A stretch of 22,450 nt of DNA from an uncultured Oligoflexus sp. (GCA_964236955.1 CAXSGP010000044.1:1-22450); one strand, 5' to 3'. Shown: positions 1-9,175, counted from the stretch's first letter. Made by a program: numbers and translations. The notes: generated by a model not told the origin, from the letters alone.

Positions 1-49
1 ACGAGTTTGCCTGTACTTTTCAATCACTTATCTCAAACGTCAACAGCCC

Positions 50-1228
50 CTATTTTGCCGGCAAATAGCGCATGGGAATAAATCCGGGCTGCACATCATA
101 GTGATAAGAGCGATAGAAGGATAAATCGGGTTTTCCCCCCTGCTGCCAGGTGTCGAGCCAGATTCGGGAAAGGGCGTCGGCTCCCGCCGCCAGACGCATG
201 ATAATTAAATTGCGAAATTTACTTCTAGTTTCACGAGGATCTTTTCTTTTCGCTTTTTCTCTATGGCCTTTATTGTCGCTGCCGAGGTTTTTGCCGGTAT
301 CAGCATTGTCCTGGCTTTTCAGTAAGAGTGCATTCTGCAGATCAAGACTGCTAAGTTGCCCAAGCTTTTCGTGACTGTCGAGAACAAGCTCCCAGCTTTG
401 AGCGAGGAAGTTATGGGGATGGTTGGCAAAGCGTTCCGCCATGGGCTCATGACGCTCCGCTTCGTCTAAAACATCGGCTTCCAGTTCGAGGCCGAGACTG
501 TCGACCAGATCGGTTTCAAAATATCCATGGAGGCCGCCTTGACCACTTTCCCAGCCATCGTAATCTTTGCTCGTGTGATGGGGGTTGGATAAATCCCCCA
601 CATAATGCGAGAGGACTCCACTCAAGAGGAGAATGCGATCAACGACAGCATTCTTCTTGGTCATGCTTTCGCTTTCGGACTTGGCATTCCCGTCTTTACC
701 CTGCCCGCTTTCGTCTTTCACCTGGAGCGTTTTCAGTTCTCTATAAGCCTCGACAAGGTCCTGGCTCAAAGTCTCGATTCGGAAAGGCGCATGACCGGCC
801 TTTTGTAACTTTTCCTCGACCGTTTGGCCATTGACGCAGGGATATTCTATGGAGCGTTTGTCACAGTTCTTATCAAGAGCTTTAAGATAGGCGGTGATAT
901 CGATGGGCATTTTATCAACGCTTGGCAAAGGGCCGGGCCCCAAGATAAATTCGAGATCGATAAAATGCGCAGGGCTGCTGATCCTGTCAAGATCAGGACT
1001 GACGGAACGCCAGACTATATCGGGCACGTTCGCGAGATGCGCAAGCATGTTTTCTTTCTTTTGGAGAAAGGCCCCGAATTTTGCAGTTTCCATATCTTTG
1101 TTATCAGCCAGGATTCGGGTGGCGACGCGGGTGACTCCATCATGGCCCCGCTCGCCCCAGCTGAAGGCGGACGGGCTTAACAAAAAAGATAGAGCCAGGA
1201 GGGCGACTGGAGAGAGATTTTTGTTCAT
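50..1228 (-). CDS. Secreted S1/P1 nuclease / zinc-dependent phospholipase C family protein
   Basis: Sec signal ending AFS followed by mature N-terminal WGERGH (Trp1/His6 Zn ligands). Further ligand motifs ANVPD, AHFID, SHYVGDLSNPHH and GLHGYFE match the tri-zinc S1/P1-PLC fold. Confidence 0.85.
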   Translation of the reverse strand: MNKNLSPVALLALSFLLSPSAFSWGERGHDGVTRVATRILADNKDMETAKFGAFLQKKENMLAHLANVPDIVWRSVSPDLDRISSPAHFIDLEFILGPGPLPSVDKMPIDITAYLKALDKNCDKRSIEYPCVNGQTVEEKLQKAGHAPFRIETLSQDLVEAYRELKTLQVKDESGQGKDGNAKSESESMTKKNAVVDRILLLSGVLSHYVGDLSNPHHTSKDYDGWESGQGGLHGYFETDLVDSLGLELEADVLDEAERHEPMAERFANHPHNFLAQSWELVLDSHEKLGQLSSLDLQNALLLKSQDNADTGKNLGSDNKGHREKAKRKDPRETRSKFRNLIIMRLAAGADALSRIWLDTWQQGGKPDLSFYRSYHYDVQPGFIPMRYLPAK

Positions 1229-1236
1229 AATGGATC

Positions 1237-2856
1237 CTATTTCAAAGTCGATACCAAAAGTCCATCAGCCCATGCATTTTCAAGAACGGCGCGACCAATT
1301 TTGAGCCCGTCGAGGGCTGCAGAGACGATCCCACCAGCAAAGCCAGCGCCTTCGCCCGCAGGAAACAGACCGGGATGGCTGGTCGACTGCAGGCTTGCAT
1401 CGCGGAACATCACGATGGGCGCTGAAGTCTTGGTCTCCACGCCGGCAACAATAGCGTCTTCAGCGATGAAGCCACGCATCCTCTTATTGTATTCGTCAAG
1501 AGCTCCACGCAGAGGATCGACGACGAAGCTCGGCAGAATTTGATCGAGTCGGGCCGGCGTTACCCCCGGTTTATAACTCGATTTCATTTCACCCTTACTC
1601 AGCTTGCCTTTGATAAAATCGCCGAGACGCTGCGCAGGGGTAAAATAATTTCCGCCTCCGGCAGTAAATGCCGCACGTTCGATAGCCGCTTGGAAATGCA
1701 TTCCATCCAGCGGGTGGCCCTTGTAAAAATCCTCACGCATAACATTCACAACAACGGCGGCGTTGGCGAAGCCGCTGTTACGGGAATGGTAGCTCATACC
1801 ATTAATTGCCAGGTGACCGGCTTGCGCGTTGGTAGGCAGTAGGTTGCCGCCCGGGCACATGCAAAAGGTCCAGACGCCGCGGCCTTGCGACTGAGCTGCG
1901 AGTTTATATTCGGCTGCCGGCAGGAGAGTGCAGGATCCATATTGAATTTTGTTGATCAGGTCCTGAGGATGTTCAAAGCGGGCGCCGATGGCAAAGGGTT
2001 TAGGGCCAATTGCCAGGCCTTTGTCGTAGAGCATCTGATAGGTTTCACGGGCGCTGTGGCCGATCGCCATAATGAGATGATCGGTATCGAGTTTTGTGCC
2101 ATCGTGAAGGTGGACTTTATATCGTGCATGGGTGCCCGTTTCAAAATTCACAAGACGTTTTTTGAACAAGAATTTGGTGCCGAGGCTTTCGAGATGAAGG
2201 CGCGTGCGACGGGCAATCTGCATCAGATAATCGGTACCAATATGGGGATGAGCTTCGTAGAGGATGCTGTCCGGTGCCCCAAATCGCACCCATTGTTCGA
2301 AGAGATAACGGATCAGGGGATGGTTGCGCCCGCAGGTAAGTTTGCCGTCAGAGAAAGTCCCTGCCCCCCCTTCGCCATAGCAGTAATTGCTCTCTTCGGA
2401 GAAGCTGCTGGTTCGCTGCAGCCGATGAACAGTGCGCATGCGTTCTTCGACAGCTTCCCCCCGTTCGACAATGATGCAAGGCTGACCAAGTTCGGCAAGG
2501 ACCAGCGCGGCAAAGGTTCCGGCTGGTCCACTGCCAATGATAACAGGCGGATGGCGAAAGCTTTTATTTTTGAAATCAATATCTTCACTGGGATGGTAGC
2601 GCGCTTTTTCTTCGAAGCTGTCAAGGCGCTCCCCGGAACTTTTGAGGAGGGCGACGTCATCGCGCGTGGCGAGGCGCAGCTGATAGTGATGAAGAATCTG
2701 CGATTTTTTGCGGGCATCAAGAGACTTTTTTAGAATTTCGAGTTCCAAAATATCATCGACGGGAATTCCCAGATCCACCGCCACCAGATCGCGGAGATCG
2801 GTCTGCAGATTGGATTCGTTTAAAGGAACGGTAAATTGCTTGTAGATGAGACTCAT
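1237..2856 (-). CDS. NAD(P)/FAD-dependent oxidoreductase (uncharacterised FAD-dependent dehydrogenase family)
   Basis: Rossmann VIIGSGPAG plus GEGGAGTFSDGKL, HPHIGTD, TFCMCPGG, NGMS and GEGAGFAGGIVSAALDG. Start moved to ATG 2856 because the ORF-track GTG at 2898 lies inside the sigma70 promoter. Confidence 0.9.
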   Translation of the reverse strand: MSLIYKQFTVPLNESNLQTDLRDLVAVDLGIPVDDILELEILKKSLDARKKSQILHHYQLRLATRDDVALLKSSGERLDSFEEKARYHPSEDIDFKNKSFRHPPVIIGSGPAGTFAALVLAELGQPCIIVERGEAVEERMRTVHRLQRTSSFSEESNYCYGEGGAGTFSDGKLTCGRNHPLIRYLFEQWVRFGAPDSILYEAHPHIGTDYLMQIARRTRLHLESLGTKFLFKKRLVNFETGTHARYKVHLHDGTKLDTDHLIMAIGHSARETYQMLYDKGLAIGPKPFAIGARFEHPQDLINKIQYGSCTLLPAAEYKLAAQSQGRGVWTFCMCPGGNLLPTNAQAGHLAINGMSYHSRNSGFANAAVVVNVMREDFYKGHPLDGMHFQAAIERAAFTAGGGNYFTPAQRLGDFIKGKLSKGEMKSSYKPGVTPARLDQILPSFVVDPLRGALDEYNKRMRGFIAEDAIVAGVETKTSAPIVMFRDASLQSTSHPGLFPAGEGAGFAGGIVSAALDGLKIGRAVLENAWADGLLVSTLK

Positions 2857-2886
2857 AATGGACACTCGTTTGGAAATGAGGGCTCG

Positions 2887-2914
2887 ACTATAGGGCACAA
2901 GCCTATTCTGTCAA
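2887..2914 (-). promoter_or_regulatory. Sigma70-type promoter for the oxidoreductase and S1/P1 genes
   Basis: Minus strand reads TTGACA-N16-TATAGT, 30 nt upstream of ATG 2856. Confidence 0.65.
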
Positions 2915-3047
2915 GTGAAAGATTGAGGGGCGGGGCCCAGTCAATCTTATTTTTGGGTGGAATTCTAAGCAATTTGCATTTTCCATTCGCCGTGATTCCT
3001 ATTTCGCTCACCATGCAAAGGATTGACTTTTAAAAAGATTTATAAAC

Positions 3048-3076
3048 TTGACCTGGTGCATGAAAAACCTTATACA
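3048..3076 (+). promoter_or_regulatory. Possible sigma70-type promoter for the barrel/lipoprotein/nuclease operon
   Basis: TTGACC(3048-3053)-N17-TATACA(3071-3076). The -10 lacks the final T. Confidence 0.4.
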
Positions 3077-3177
3077 GCGCTGGTCATTCTGACAAGATCG
3101 TTCTCTCGGGTTTTTGCTTAGGTGAATCGATAGTCGAACCTTTAGGAAACTCGCTGCAATAGTTCAAGGGATAGACA

Positions 3178-4653
3178 ATGAATCTCAAGCGCCTGTGGGC
3201 TCCCGTGTGTTTCACTCTTTTTGCATCTGTTGCAGAAGCGCAGACTGTGGCCGAGCCCGCACCGGCAGCTGTCCAACCCCTGGCAGAATACCCTTCGGCA
3301 GCGACGCAAATGGTGCCTGAGCACCCTTCCTATCAAAGTTCACGGTCGCCTTCGTTTGCCGGCCGAGTCCAAAAAGATCCAGCACCGATCCAGACCTTAT
3401 ACACCGATTATGTTGAATACCGTCAACGAATCTATAGCTCTTCGCAGAATATAAGTCTTGGTGACCGCGCAAAACTTGACGCGGCCTTTGGATACTGGTT
3501 TAATCCCAATACTTCTCTACGCTTTCGCTTCGATATTGATCCCGATAAGTATGGCGATGATCAAAATATCACATCCACATTCGAACTCCGTCTCTATCAC
3601 CGTTATGAAGGTCTTGAATTTCAGGCGGATATGGACATCAATGGCGACGAGGGTGGTCATGGGGGAAGCAGCATAGGCCCCGACAATGATTCGAAAGATT
3701 CGTGGATCGCCTACCGACCTTTAGAATCGCTCCGTATCGTCTTCCGACCCTACAACCTTGGCACTGAAATTGGTCAGGCATTTCGCACTCTTGATGTAGC
3801 GCGCCTCTATTATATCAATGGTACTCCCGCTTATATTTCCAACCTGCCCATCGAAGACGAATCGATCCGTTCCAAGACCATAGCCGGACTGGAAGTGCAA
3901 TGGACCCCGACAGCCGATTTAAGCCTTTACGTCGGTGCCGGCTCGAGTAGTTTCTATTATCCGACCAATGCGGATTTCAATATCGAGCAAAACGCCGCTT
4001 CGGAGAGCTGGAAGGCTAAGGAAGACCGAGCCTATAAGGCTGGAATCGTCTACAGAACGGACTTGACCAATTTTGTGACAGAATACGCGACCCATCTCAA
4101 TCCAGCCCAAACCGGATCCCTTTTGGACTCGGCCTTGTCGGTTCAGTATAGTCAATGGCTGGGTTCTTTCGTCGGCAACATCGAGTGGACAGCGACCCGT
4201 GCTGGAACCGAGGCCTATCGATTAGCTAAGAGCAATAGCTGGTTCCAGGACACAACTCCCTTTCGCCCCATATACTCCGATCACTTCGGCGTGAAACAGG
4301 ACTGGTTGGGCAAAACGGATAGTGCTGAGCTGATAAAAGCCGGTTGGAAAGTGGGCTCATGGGTGCCCTATGCTTCCTACAAACACCGTGGAAAATATTT
4401 CATCGATCGCGCACTGGAATCCGCACACAAGCTGCGAACAGCAGATGAAACGGCATCCCATGGCGGCCTTGCCATCTTCGGATGCGGTGCCTATTTCACT
4501 TCAGGCAAATTCATAATCCAACCAGAACTTGAATTCATGACGGCTAAAAACGCTGTGTTCGGAAGTAGCTCTGACATTCGCGAAGATCGTGTCCTGTCGG
4601 TACTGGAAAAAAAGAATACTGTTTTGACCTTAAATACAAATTACTCCTACTGA
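3178..4653 (+). CDS. Hypothetical outer-membrane beta-barrel (porin-like) protein
   Basis: Signal peptide (AEA/Q), Pro/Ala/Ser-rich N-terminal linker, many amphipathic strands (LRFRFDID, FELRLYH, LEVQWTP, LSLYVGAG, IIQPELEF) and a C-terminal BAM-type strand VLTLNTNYSY. RBS AAGGGA upstream. No family recognised. Confidence 0.7.
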   Translation: MNLKRLWAPVCFTLFASVAEAQTVAEPAPAAVQPLAEYPSAATQMVPEHPSYQSSRSPSFAGRVQKDPAPIQTLYTDYVEYRQRIYSSSQNISLGDRAKLDAAFGYWFNPNTSLRFRFDIDPDKYGDDQNITSTFELRLYHRYEGLEFQADMDINGDEGGHGGSSIGPDNDSKDSWIAYRPLESLRIVFRPYNLGTEIGQAFRTLDVARLYYINGTPAYISNLPIEDESIRSKTIAGLEVQWTPTADLSLYVGAGSSSFYYPTNADFNIEQNAASESWKAKEDRAYKAGIVYRTDLTNFVTEYATHLNPAQTGSLLDSALSVQYSQWLGSFVGNIEWTATRAGTEAYRLAKSNSWFQDTTPFRPIYSDHFGVKQDWLGKTDSAELIKAGWKVGSWVPYASYKHRGKYFIDRALESAHKLRTADETASHGGLAIFGCGAYFTSGKFIIQPELEFMTAKNAVFGSSSDIREDRVLSVLEKKNTVLTLNTNYSY

Positions 4654-4696
4654 TTCCTGGACTGAAGTCGGAACGGAACACCTGAAAGGCAACCTG

Positions 4697-6313
4697 ATGA
4701 AGTCGATTCGCATCCTCTCTTTGGCTCTCGCTCTCAGTTTGGCAGGAATCCATTTGTCTTGTTCGCAAGACGCCACCAGGCAACAGAATGGAGAGCAGAA
4801 TCAGACTGTTGATGATCTCTATACCGCAGTCAGGATTGTGGAGAAAAATCTTTCACAGGGTTTCCTTCTCCGCAGTGACGATCCTCGCGGTCGCTTGAGT
4901 TTTGAAAACATACTCTACGATATCAAGATCGCAACCATGCGTCTTAAAAAGGATGCCCGGGATACGAAGGCGCTGTCCTTACTCTATATGGCGTCTCAAG
5001 AGTACGATAAGCTGAGCATTCTCGCTCAGGATGAGTCGCAGCTTGATGCCTTAAAGCAAAAACTGCGGGAGACCCTTGATGTTATATCGAGGATTCAGGG
5101 CAAGAGGCTGGAGAATATCGAAAGAGTTCTAATTGCGAAGCAATTTGATTCTGAGCTGGCTCCCTTTACGACGATAACCGCTGAAAACAAGAGTGGATGG
5201 GCTAAAAAGAACCATCTTGAGCTTCATTATGCGCTGGCCTCCGGTTCCAAGCTCAATAGCTGGCTCTTCACGCCAATGCTCGATCTCACCCAAGTCGTCA
5301 ATCCCAGCTTTAACCTGGAACAGGCGATCAGCAATCGAGGTAATCCATTCGCTGATTCCGTCTTCTTTCTCGTTTCGGAAGATTATACCGGTGGGGATCC
5401 AGCGCTTGCGACCTGGGATACCATCTCTGTGGAAAGGTTGCCTGATGGCGGCGGTTTTTCCATGGTCAAGTCTGAGGATGTGAGCCTTAAACGCTACGAA
5501 GGGAAGAGAATTGTAATCGCATTTCATTACGATTCTCGCAACGCAGCCAGCTACCCAATCTGGCAGGTGAGTTCCTTTAACCTTCTGGGAAGTGGCACCC
5601 TGGCCTCACAAGCTCTGACCCTCACCGACGCCGGTGCGGGTGTGCCTACCGCGCTCTCTCCTGCACCGAACGTGGTGCCAGTGACAAGTCCCGTTGGAGC
5701 GCCTAGCCCGACGATGGAAAATCCGCCTCCTCTGGTAGCCACCGCTCCACCTGTCGCTGAACGTTGCACGGCGAACGCCGCTGCGAAAAACATCTTCAGC
5801 TTCCAGTTTTCGAAGGCTGATGTCGCAGGTGACTTTACAAAAATTGACACAGATTTAATGATTCTGGTCCCTAAAGCTCCCGATTACACTCAGATTGTTC
5901 GCTTTTCCGGTTATCGCAAAGGCGCAGCAAATGCTGTTGGCAGCTCGTGGCTAGTGAGCAGGACTATAGACCTCTCTTCTGTCAAAGATGTCTGTCTTTC
6001 CATTGCTGACGATACTTACTTTCCAAGTGGCACAATCAACTTGGATCAGGTTGCAATCGTAGTCTCCTCTGATTATACAAACGATGTGGCAACGGCGACT
6101 TGGAAAAAAGTTGAGTTCTCCGGCCGTAAGGCTCAAATCGGTACTGTTAAGAAAGAATTGTTGGCTGCCAAGGCAAACGCCATCCAACTTAAGGATGTGT
6201 TGGGTGCCGGAGCTGGTAAGGTTACTGTTGCGCTTCACTACACATCAAGTCTCGCCTCCGCTCCCTGGTGGGCGGTGTGGGATGTGACAATGACAGCCAT
6301 TCCAGCCGAATAA
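4697..6313 (+). CDS. Lipoprotein with N-terminal helical domain and two DUF5017/cleaved-adhesin-like beta-sandwich domains
   Basis: Signal peptide ending LSC22 (non-canonical lipobox). Duplicated domain: SWLFTPMLDL..VSEDYTGGDPALATW..IVIAFHY..WQV versus SWLVSRTIDL..VSSDYTNDVATATW..VTVALHY..WAV, joined by a Pro/Thr/Ala linker. Confidence 0.7.
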   Translation: MKSIRILSLALALSLAGIHLSCSQDATRQQNGEQNQTVDDLYTAVRIVEKNLSQGFLLRSDDPRGRLSFENILYDIKIATMRLKKDARDTKALSLLYMASQEYDKLSILAQDESQLDALKQKLRETLDVISRIQGKRLENIERVLIAKQFDSELAPFTTITAENKSGWAKKNHLELHYALASGSKLNSWLFTPMLDLTQVVNPSFNLEQAISNRGNPFADSVFFLVSEDYTGGDPALATWDTISVERLPDGGGFSMVKSEDVSLKRYEGKRIVIAFHYDSRNAASYPIWQVSSFNLLGSGTLASQALTLTDAGAGVPTALSPAPNVVPVTSPVGAPSPTMENPPPLVATAPPVAERCTANAAAKNIFSFQFSKADVAGDFTKIDTDLMILVPKAPDYTQIVRFSGYRKGAANAVGSSWLVSRTIDLSSVKDVCLSIADDTYFPSGTINLDQVAIVVSSDYTNDVATATWKKVEFSGRKAQIGTVKKELLAAKANAIQLKDVLGAGAGKVTVALHYTSSLASAPWWAVWDVTMTAIPAE

Positions 6314-6376
6314 AGTAAGGGGCAAATGTTACGCCCTTTTTGGTTTTTCGCTATGATAATTCCCGCGGAGAAACGA

Positions 6377-8872
6377 ATGATAATGCGTATGATGCTGGCG
6401 ACCCTATTCCTTTCCGTCTTGGGCACAAGCTGTGAGAAAGATGTAGGATCCAAACCGGCCAGTCCGGTATTGATCGATACCACGGGACGATTTGAACATT
6501 CAAATCTAGCCGGTAATCTTATGGCCACTGCTATCAAAAGCGTAGCTAAGGTTGATATTGCCTTCTATCCAAGCCAATTTTTAGAATCTGACAAGTTTGC
6601 GATTATTGACAACGAACTGACCCCAGACATTATTGAAAACCGAATTCTGCCGCTCTATCCGTCGGCAAGCGATAAGGATCAGTTTCAGGTCGGTAGTATG
6701 CGAGGCTCGGAAATCCGCAAGTTTATCCTTAACCGGACAACTGAGAACTATCGTTTGGACCTTCAGACCGCCGGTCTTGAATATGATATACAATTCCTGG
6801 GTGGGCTGCCCACTGTCTACCAAATAAACTTAACGCATGGCGTTCCGTTGGTTGATGATCAGTATTACCGGGTAGCCATCAGTGACTATTACTACTATAA
6901 CGCCGATACCTTTCCTGGATACCGCTATCGCAATGGGCTTGAGCAGAGATTTTTACGCGAACCTGATTTGTATTCAGCCAAAGCTATGCTTAAAACTTTC
7001 TTAACCGGATTTAAAACTCTGCCTTTGATCGATGAGATCCGGGCATCGATACGATCGAGAACCCGTGGGTCCTATCCTGAGCCCTTAACGATATCCCAGA
7101 TACAAGGAGTATCCCACCTATCGCCTTACTACGGTTATCGCGTTACCACCAAAGGCATACTAACAGCGGTGGCCCGTCCGGAACATACAACGGGCATGGA
7201 GCTCTACCTTCAGTCCGCCGAGAACGATAATGATCCCCGTACCTCCAGTGCCCTGAACATTTACCTGGCAAACCAAAGAAGTGACTTGGTCGTTGGCCAG
7301 GAAATTGAGGTTGCCGGGATAGTCACTGAAATCATGACTTACCAGGGCATGACCCGAACAGCGATACGTGAGGTTGATAGTTTCAAGATTCTGAGTGCCG
7401 GAAATCCCTTGCCTGAGCCTATTCTCTTAGGGGGAACGGATGGACTTAAAGTTCCAAATAAAAATATTTCCAGCTATCGTGGTAATCTTAACCAGAAAAC
7501 TGACCTGAATCTCGAGGATGCCATCGATTTCTGGGAAAGCCTCGAGGGGATGCGCATAAAGCTTGCTAAGCCTACCGTAGTTGGTTTTCGGGGCGGCAAA
7601 GAAAAATTCGATGAGCCTAAGACCTATATAACCGTTTACGTGACGCCCGAAGGCGCGAGTGATCCCGCATCTTTGAGTGATATTGGCGGCATTATTCCCG
7701 ATGCCAAGGCTCTTACTTACAATCCTGAAGTCGTTCGGATCGTGGATTCCGATCTGGCACCTCATGTCAAAGCCGCTCAGATTTTTAATTCCGGAGATAA
7801 GTTCGATTATGATCTCGAAGGTATTTTGAGTTATCAGACCAATACTTTTGGTGATGGCGAGTTTGTGATGTTTGTTACGGGGCAATTTAACGGCACGTCT
7901 GCGCTTCGACAGCTCGAGGCCCGGCCCAGGACGAAGTTGATTGCGGATGACGACCATTTAACCGTCGCTAGCTATAATGTAGAGAACCTTGCCGGTAATC
8001 GGACGGCCCGCATTCAAGAGATTGCCAAATCGATTTCCCTCAATCTGGCTTGTCCCGACATTGTCGTCTTGCCTGAAATCCAGGACTTTAATGGTCCGTC
8101 GATGGTCGGTGGTTCGTCAGCGGAAAAAACCCTAGCTGGTCTGCTCGGATCTCTAAGCTGCGATGATGCAGCCTCCTATAGAGCTCTCAATATCGATCCT
8201 ATTGCTATGCAGGATGGTGGCGAGCCAGGCGGAAACATCCGCGTGGCGATGATCTATAACAGCAAGCGAGTCGGCTTTGTGCCCAAGGGTCATGCTGAGC
8301 CCCTCGACGAGACCACGGTTAATGATCAGGGTGATTTGAACCAGAACCCGGGTCGGGTTTATCCCAATGACAACGTTTTCTTTCACTCCCGTAAGCCGTT
8401 GGTTGCCGAATTTACATTTAAGGGCGAAAAGGTTTTCGTTATAGGCAATCATTTAAATTCCAAATTGAGTGATGGAAACCTGTGGGGTGTCGAGCAACCT
8501 CTGAACAATAATTCGGAGGTACAACGCTCCCTTATCGCCAAAAAAGTAAATCAGTTCGTTGCCAGGCTTATTAAGGTAAACCCGGGAACAAACGTTATCG
8601 TCTGCGGTGACATGAATGCCTATTGGAATGAGACATCGATGCAGGTTTTAGCGGGTAAGAATCTAAAGAATTTAATGACTTATGCCAATCTTTATCCAAG
8701 CAATCAATGGTACTCGATTAACTTCAACGGCGGCACCGCTTCCATCGATCACATTTTGGCAAATGATACCCTGCTTACCAAGGAGCCGGAGTTTGAGATA
8801 GTTCATATCAACTCGATTTTTATGAACAAAGCTTCCGACCACGATCCAGCGATCAGTCGTTTTAAGTTTTGA
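6377..8872 (+). CDS. Extracellular lipoprotein nuclease: 5'-nucleotidase C-terminal-like domain + OB fold + endonuclease/exonuclease/phosphatase (EEP) domain
   Basis: Signal ending LGTSC. 5'-NT-C-like segment (GNLMATAI..VDIAF..GSEIR..GLEY..YRVAISDY). YhcR/ExeM-type OB fold (TISQIQG..SPYYG..VTTKGILTAV..DNDPRTSS). FWESLEGM, then intact EEP motifs SYNVENL, EIQD, NHLNSK, GDMN, IDHIL, SDHDP. Start at 6377 after GGAG; 6326 is an alternative. Confidence 0.88.
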   Translation: MIMRMMLATLFLSVLGTSCEKDVGSKPASPVLIDTTGRFEHSNLAGNLMATAIKSVAKVDIAFYPSQFLESDKFAIIDNELTPDIIENRILPLYPSASDKDQFQVGSMRGSEIRKFILNRTTENYRLDLQTAGLEYDIQFLGGLPTVYQINLTHGVPLVDDQYYRVAISDYYYYNADTFPGYRYRNGLEQRFLREPDLYSAKAMLKTFLTGFKTLPLIDEIRASIRSRTRGSYPEPLTISQIQGVSHLSPYYGYRVTTKGILTAVARPEHTTGMELYLQSAENDNDPRTSSALNIYLANQRSDLVVGQEIEVAGIVTEIMTYQGMTRTAIREVDSFKILSAGNPLPEPILLGGTDGLKVPNKNISSYRGNLNQKTDLNLEDAIDFWESLEGMRIKLAKPTVVGFRGGKEKFDEPKTYITVYVTPEGASDPASLSDIGGIIPDAKALTYNPEVVRIVDSDLAPHVKAAQIFNSGDKFDYDLEGILSYQTNTFGDGEFVMFVTGQFNGTSALRQLEARPRTKLIADDDHLTVASYNVENLAGNRTARIQEIAKSISLNLACPDIVVLPEIQDFNGPSMVGGSSAEKTLAGLLGSLSCDDAASYRALNIDPIAMQDGGEPGGNIRVAMIYNSKRVGFVPKGHAEPLDETTVNDQGDLNQNPGRVYPNDNVFFHSRKPLVAEFTFKGEKVFVIGNHLNSKLSDGNLWGVEQPLNNNSEVQRSLIAKKVNQFVARLIKVNPGTNVIVCGDMNAYWNETSMQVLAGKNLKNLMTYANLYPSNQWYSINFNGGTASIDHILANDTLLTKEPEFEIVHINSIFMNKASDHDPAISRFKF

Positions 8873-8923
8873 TCGCGTCGAGGTCCTGTGAATCGATAGC
8901 CGCTTTGTTCCATTAAATTTTTT

Positions 8924-8957
8924 AGGCCATTGCCGGGAATCCTGGGGTGGCTTTTTT
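8924..8957 (+). terminator. Rho-independent terminator closing the three-gene operon
   Basis: GCCAT/GTGGC and CCGGG/CCTGG nested stem followed by TTTTTT. Confidence 0.7.
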
Positions 8958-9107
8958 GTGTCTACCCAAAGTATGAAAGCACAAATCTCGGGCCAGCGGC
9001 CGAAAAAATCAACCAATTCTTGCTTTAGCAGGAGGATTTAATTAATTGAAAAACGTCTCGGTAACATATTGTTGTTATAGGATAATTGTGGGTTAAAGGT
9101 TATTGAT

Positions 9108-9134
9108 CTAAGGATTTTATCAATAATCCGATAA
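9108..9134 (+). promoter_or_regulatory. Sigma28 (FliA)-like promoter of the vWA lipoprotein
   Basis: CTAAGGAT-N11-TCCGATAA versus consensus TAAAGTTT-N11-GCCGATAA. Confidence 0.55.
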
Positions 9135-9175
9135 CGAGATATCCCCTTCATGGGGCACCAGTTAGGAGCGTCGTG

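Noticed and set aside
1885..2733. 282-aa + strand ORF opposite the FAD oxidoreductase
   Set aside because: Antisense to a well-supported gene, with no recognisable domain.
3178..4653. TonB-dependent receptor (SusC-like)
   Set aside because: Too short, with no recognisable plug domain or TonB box.
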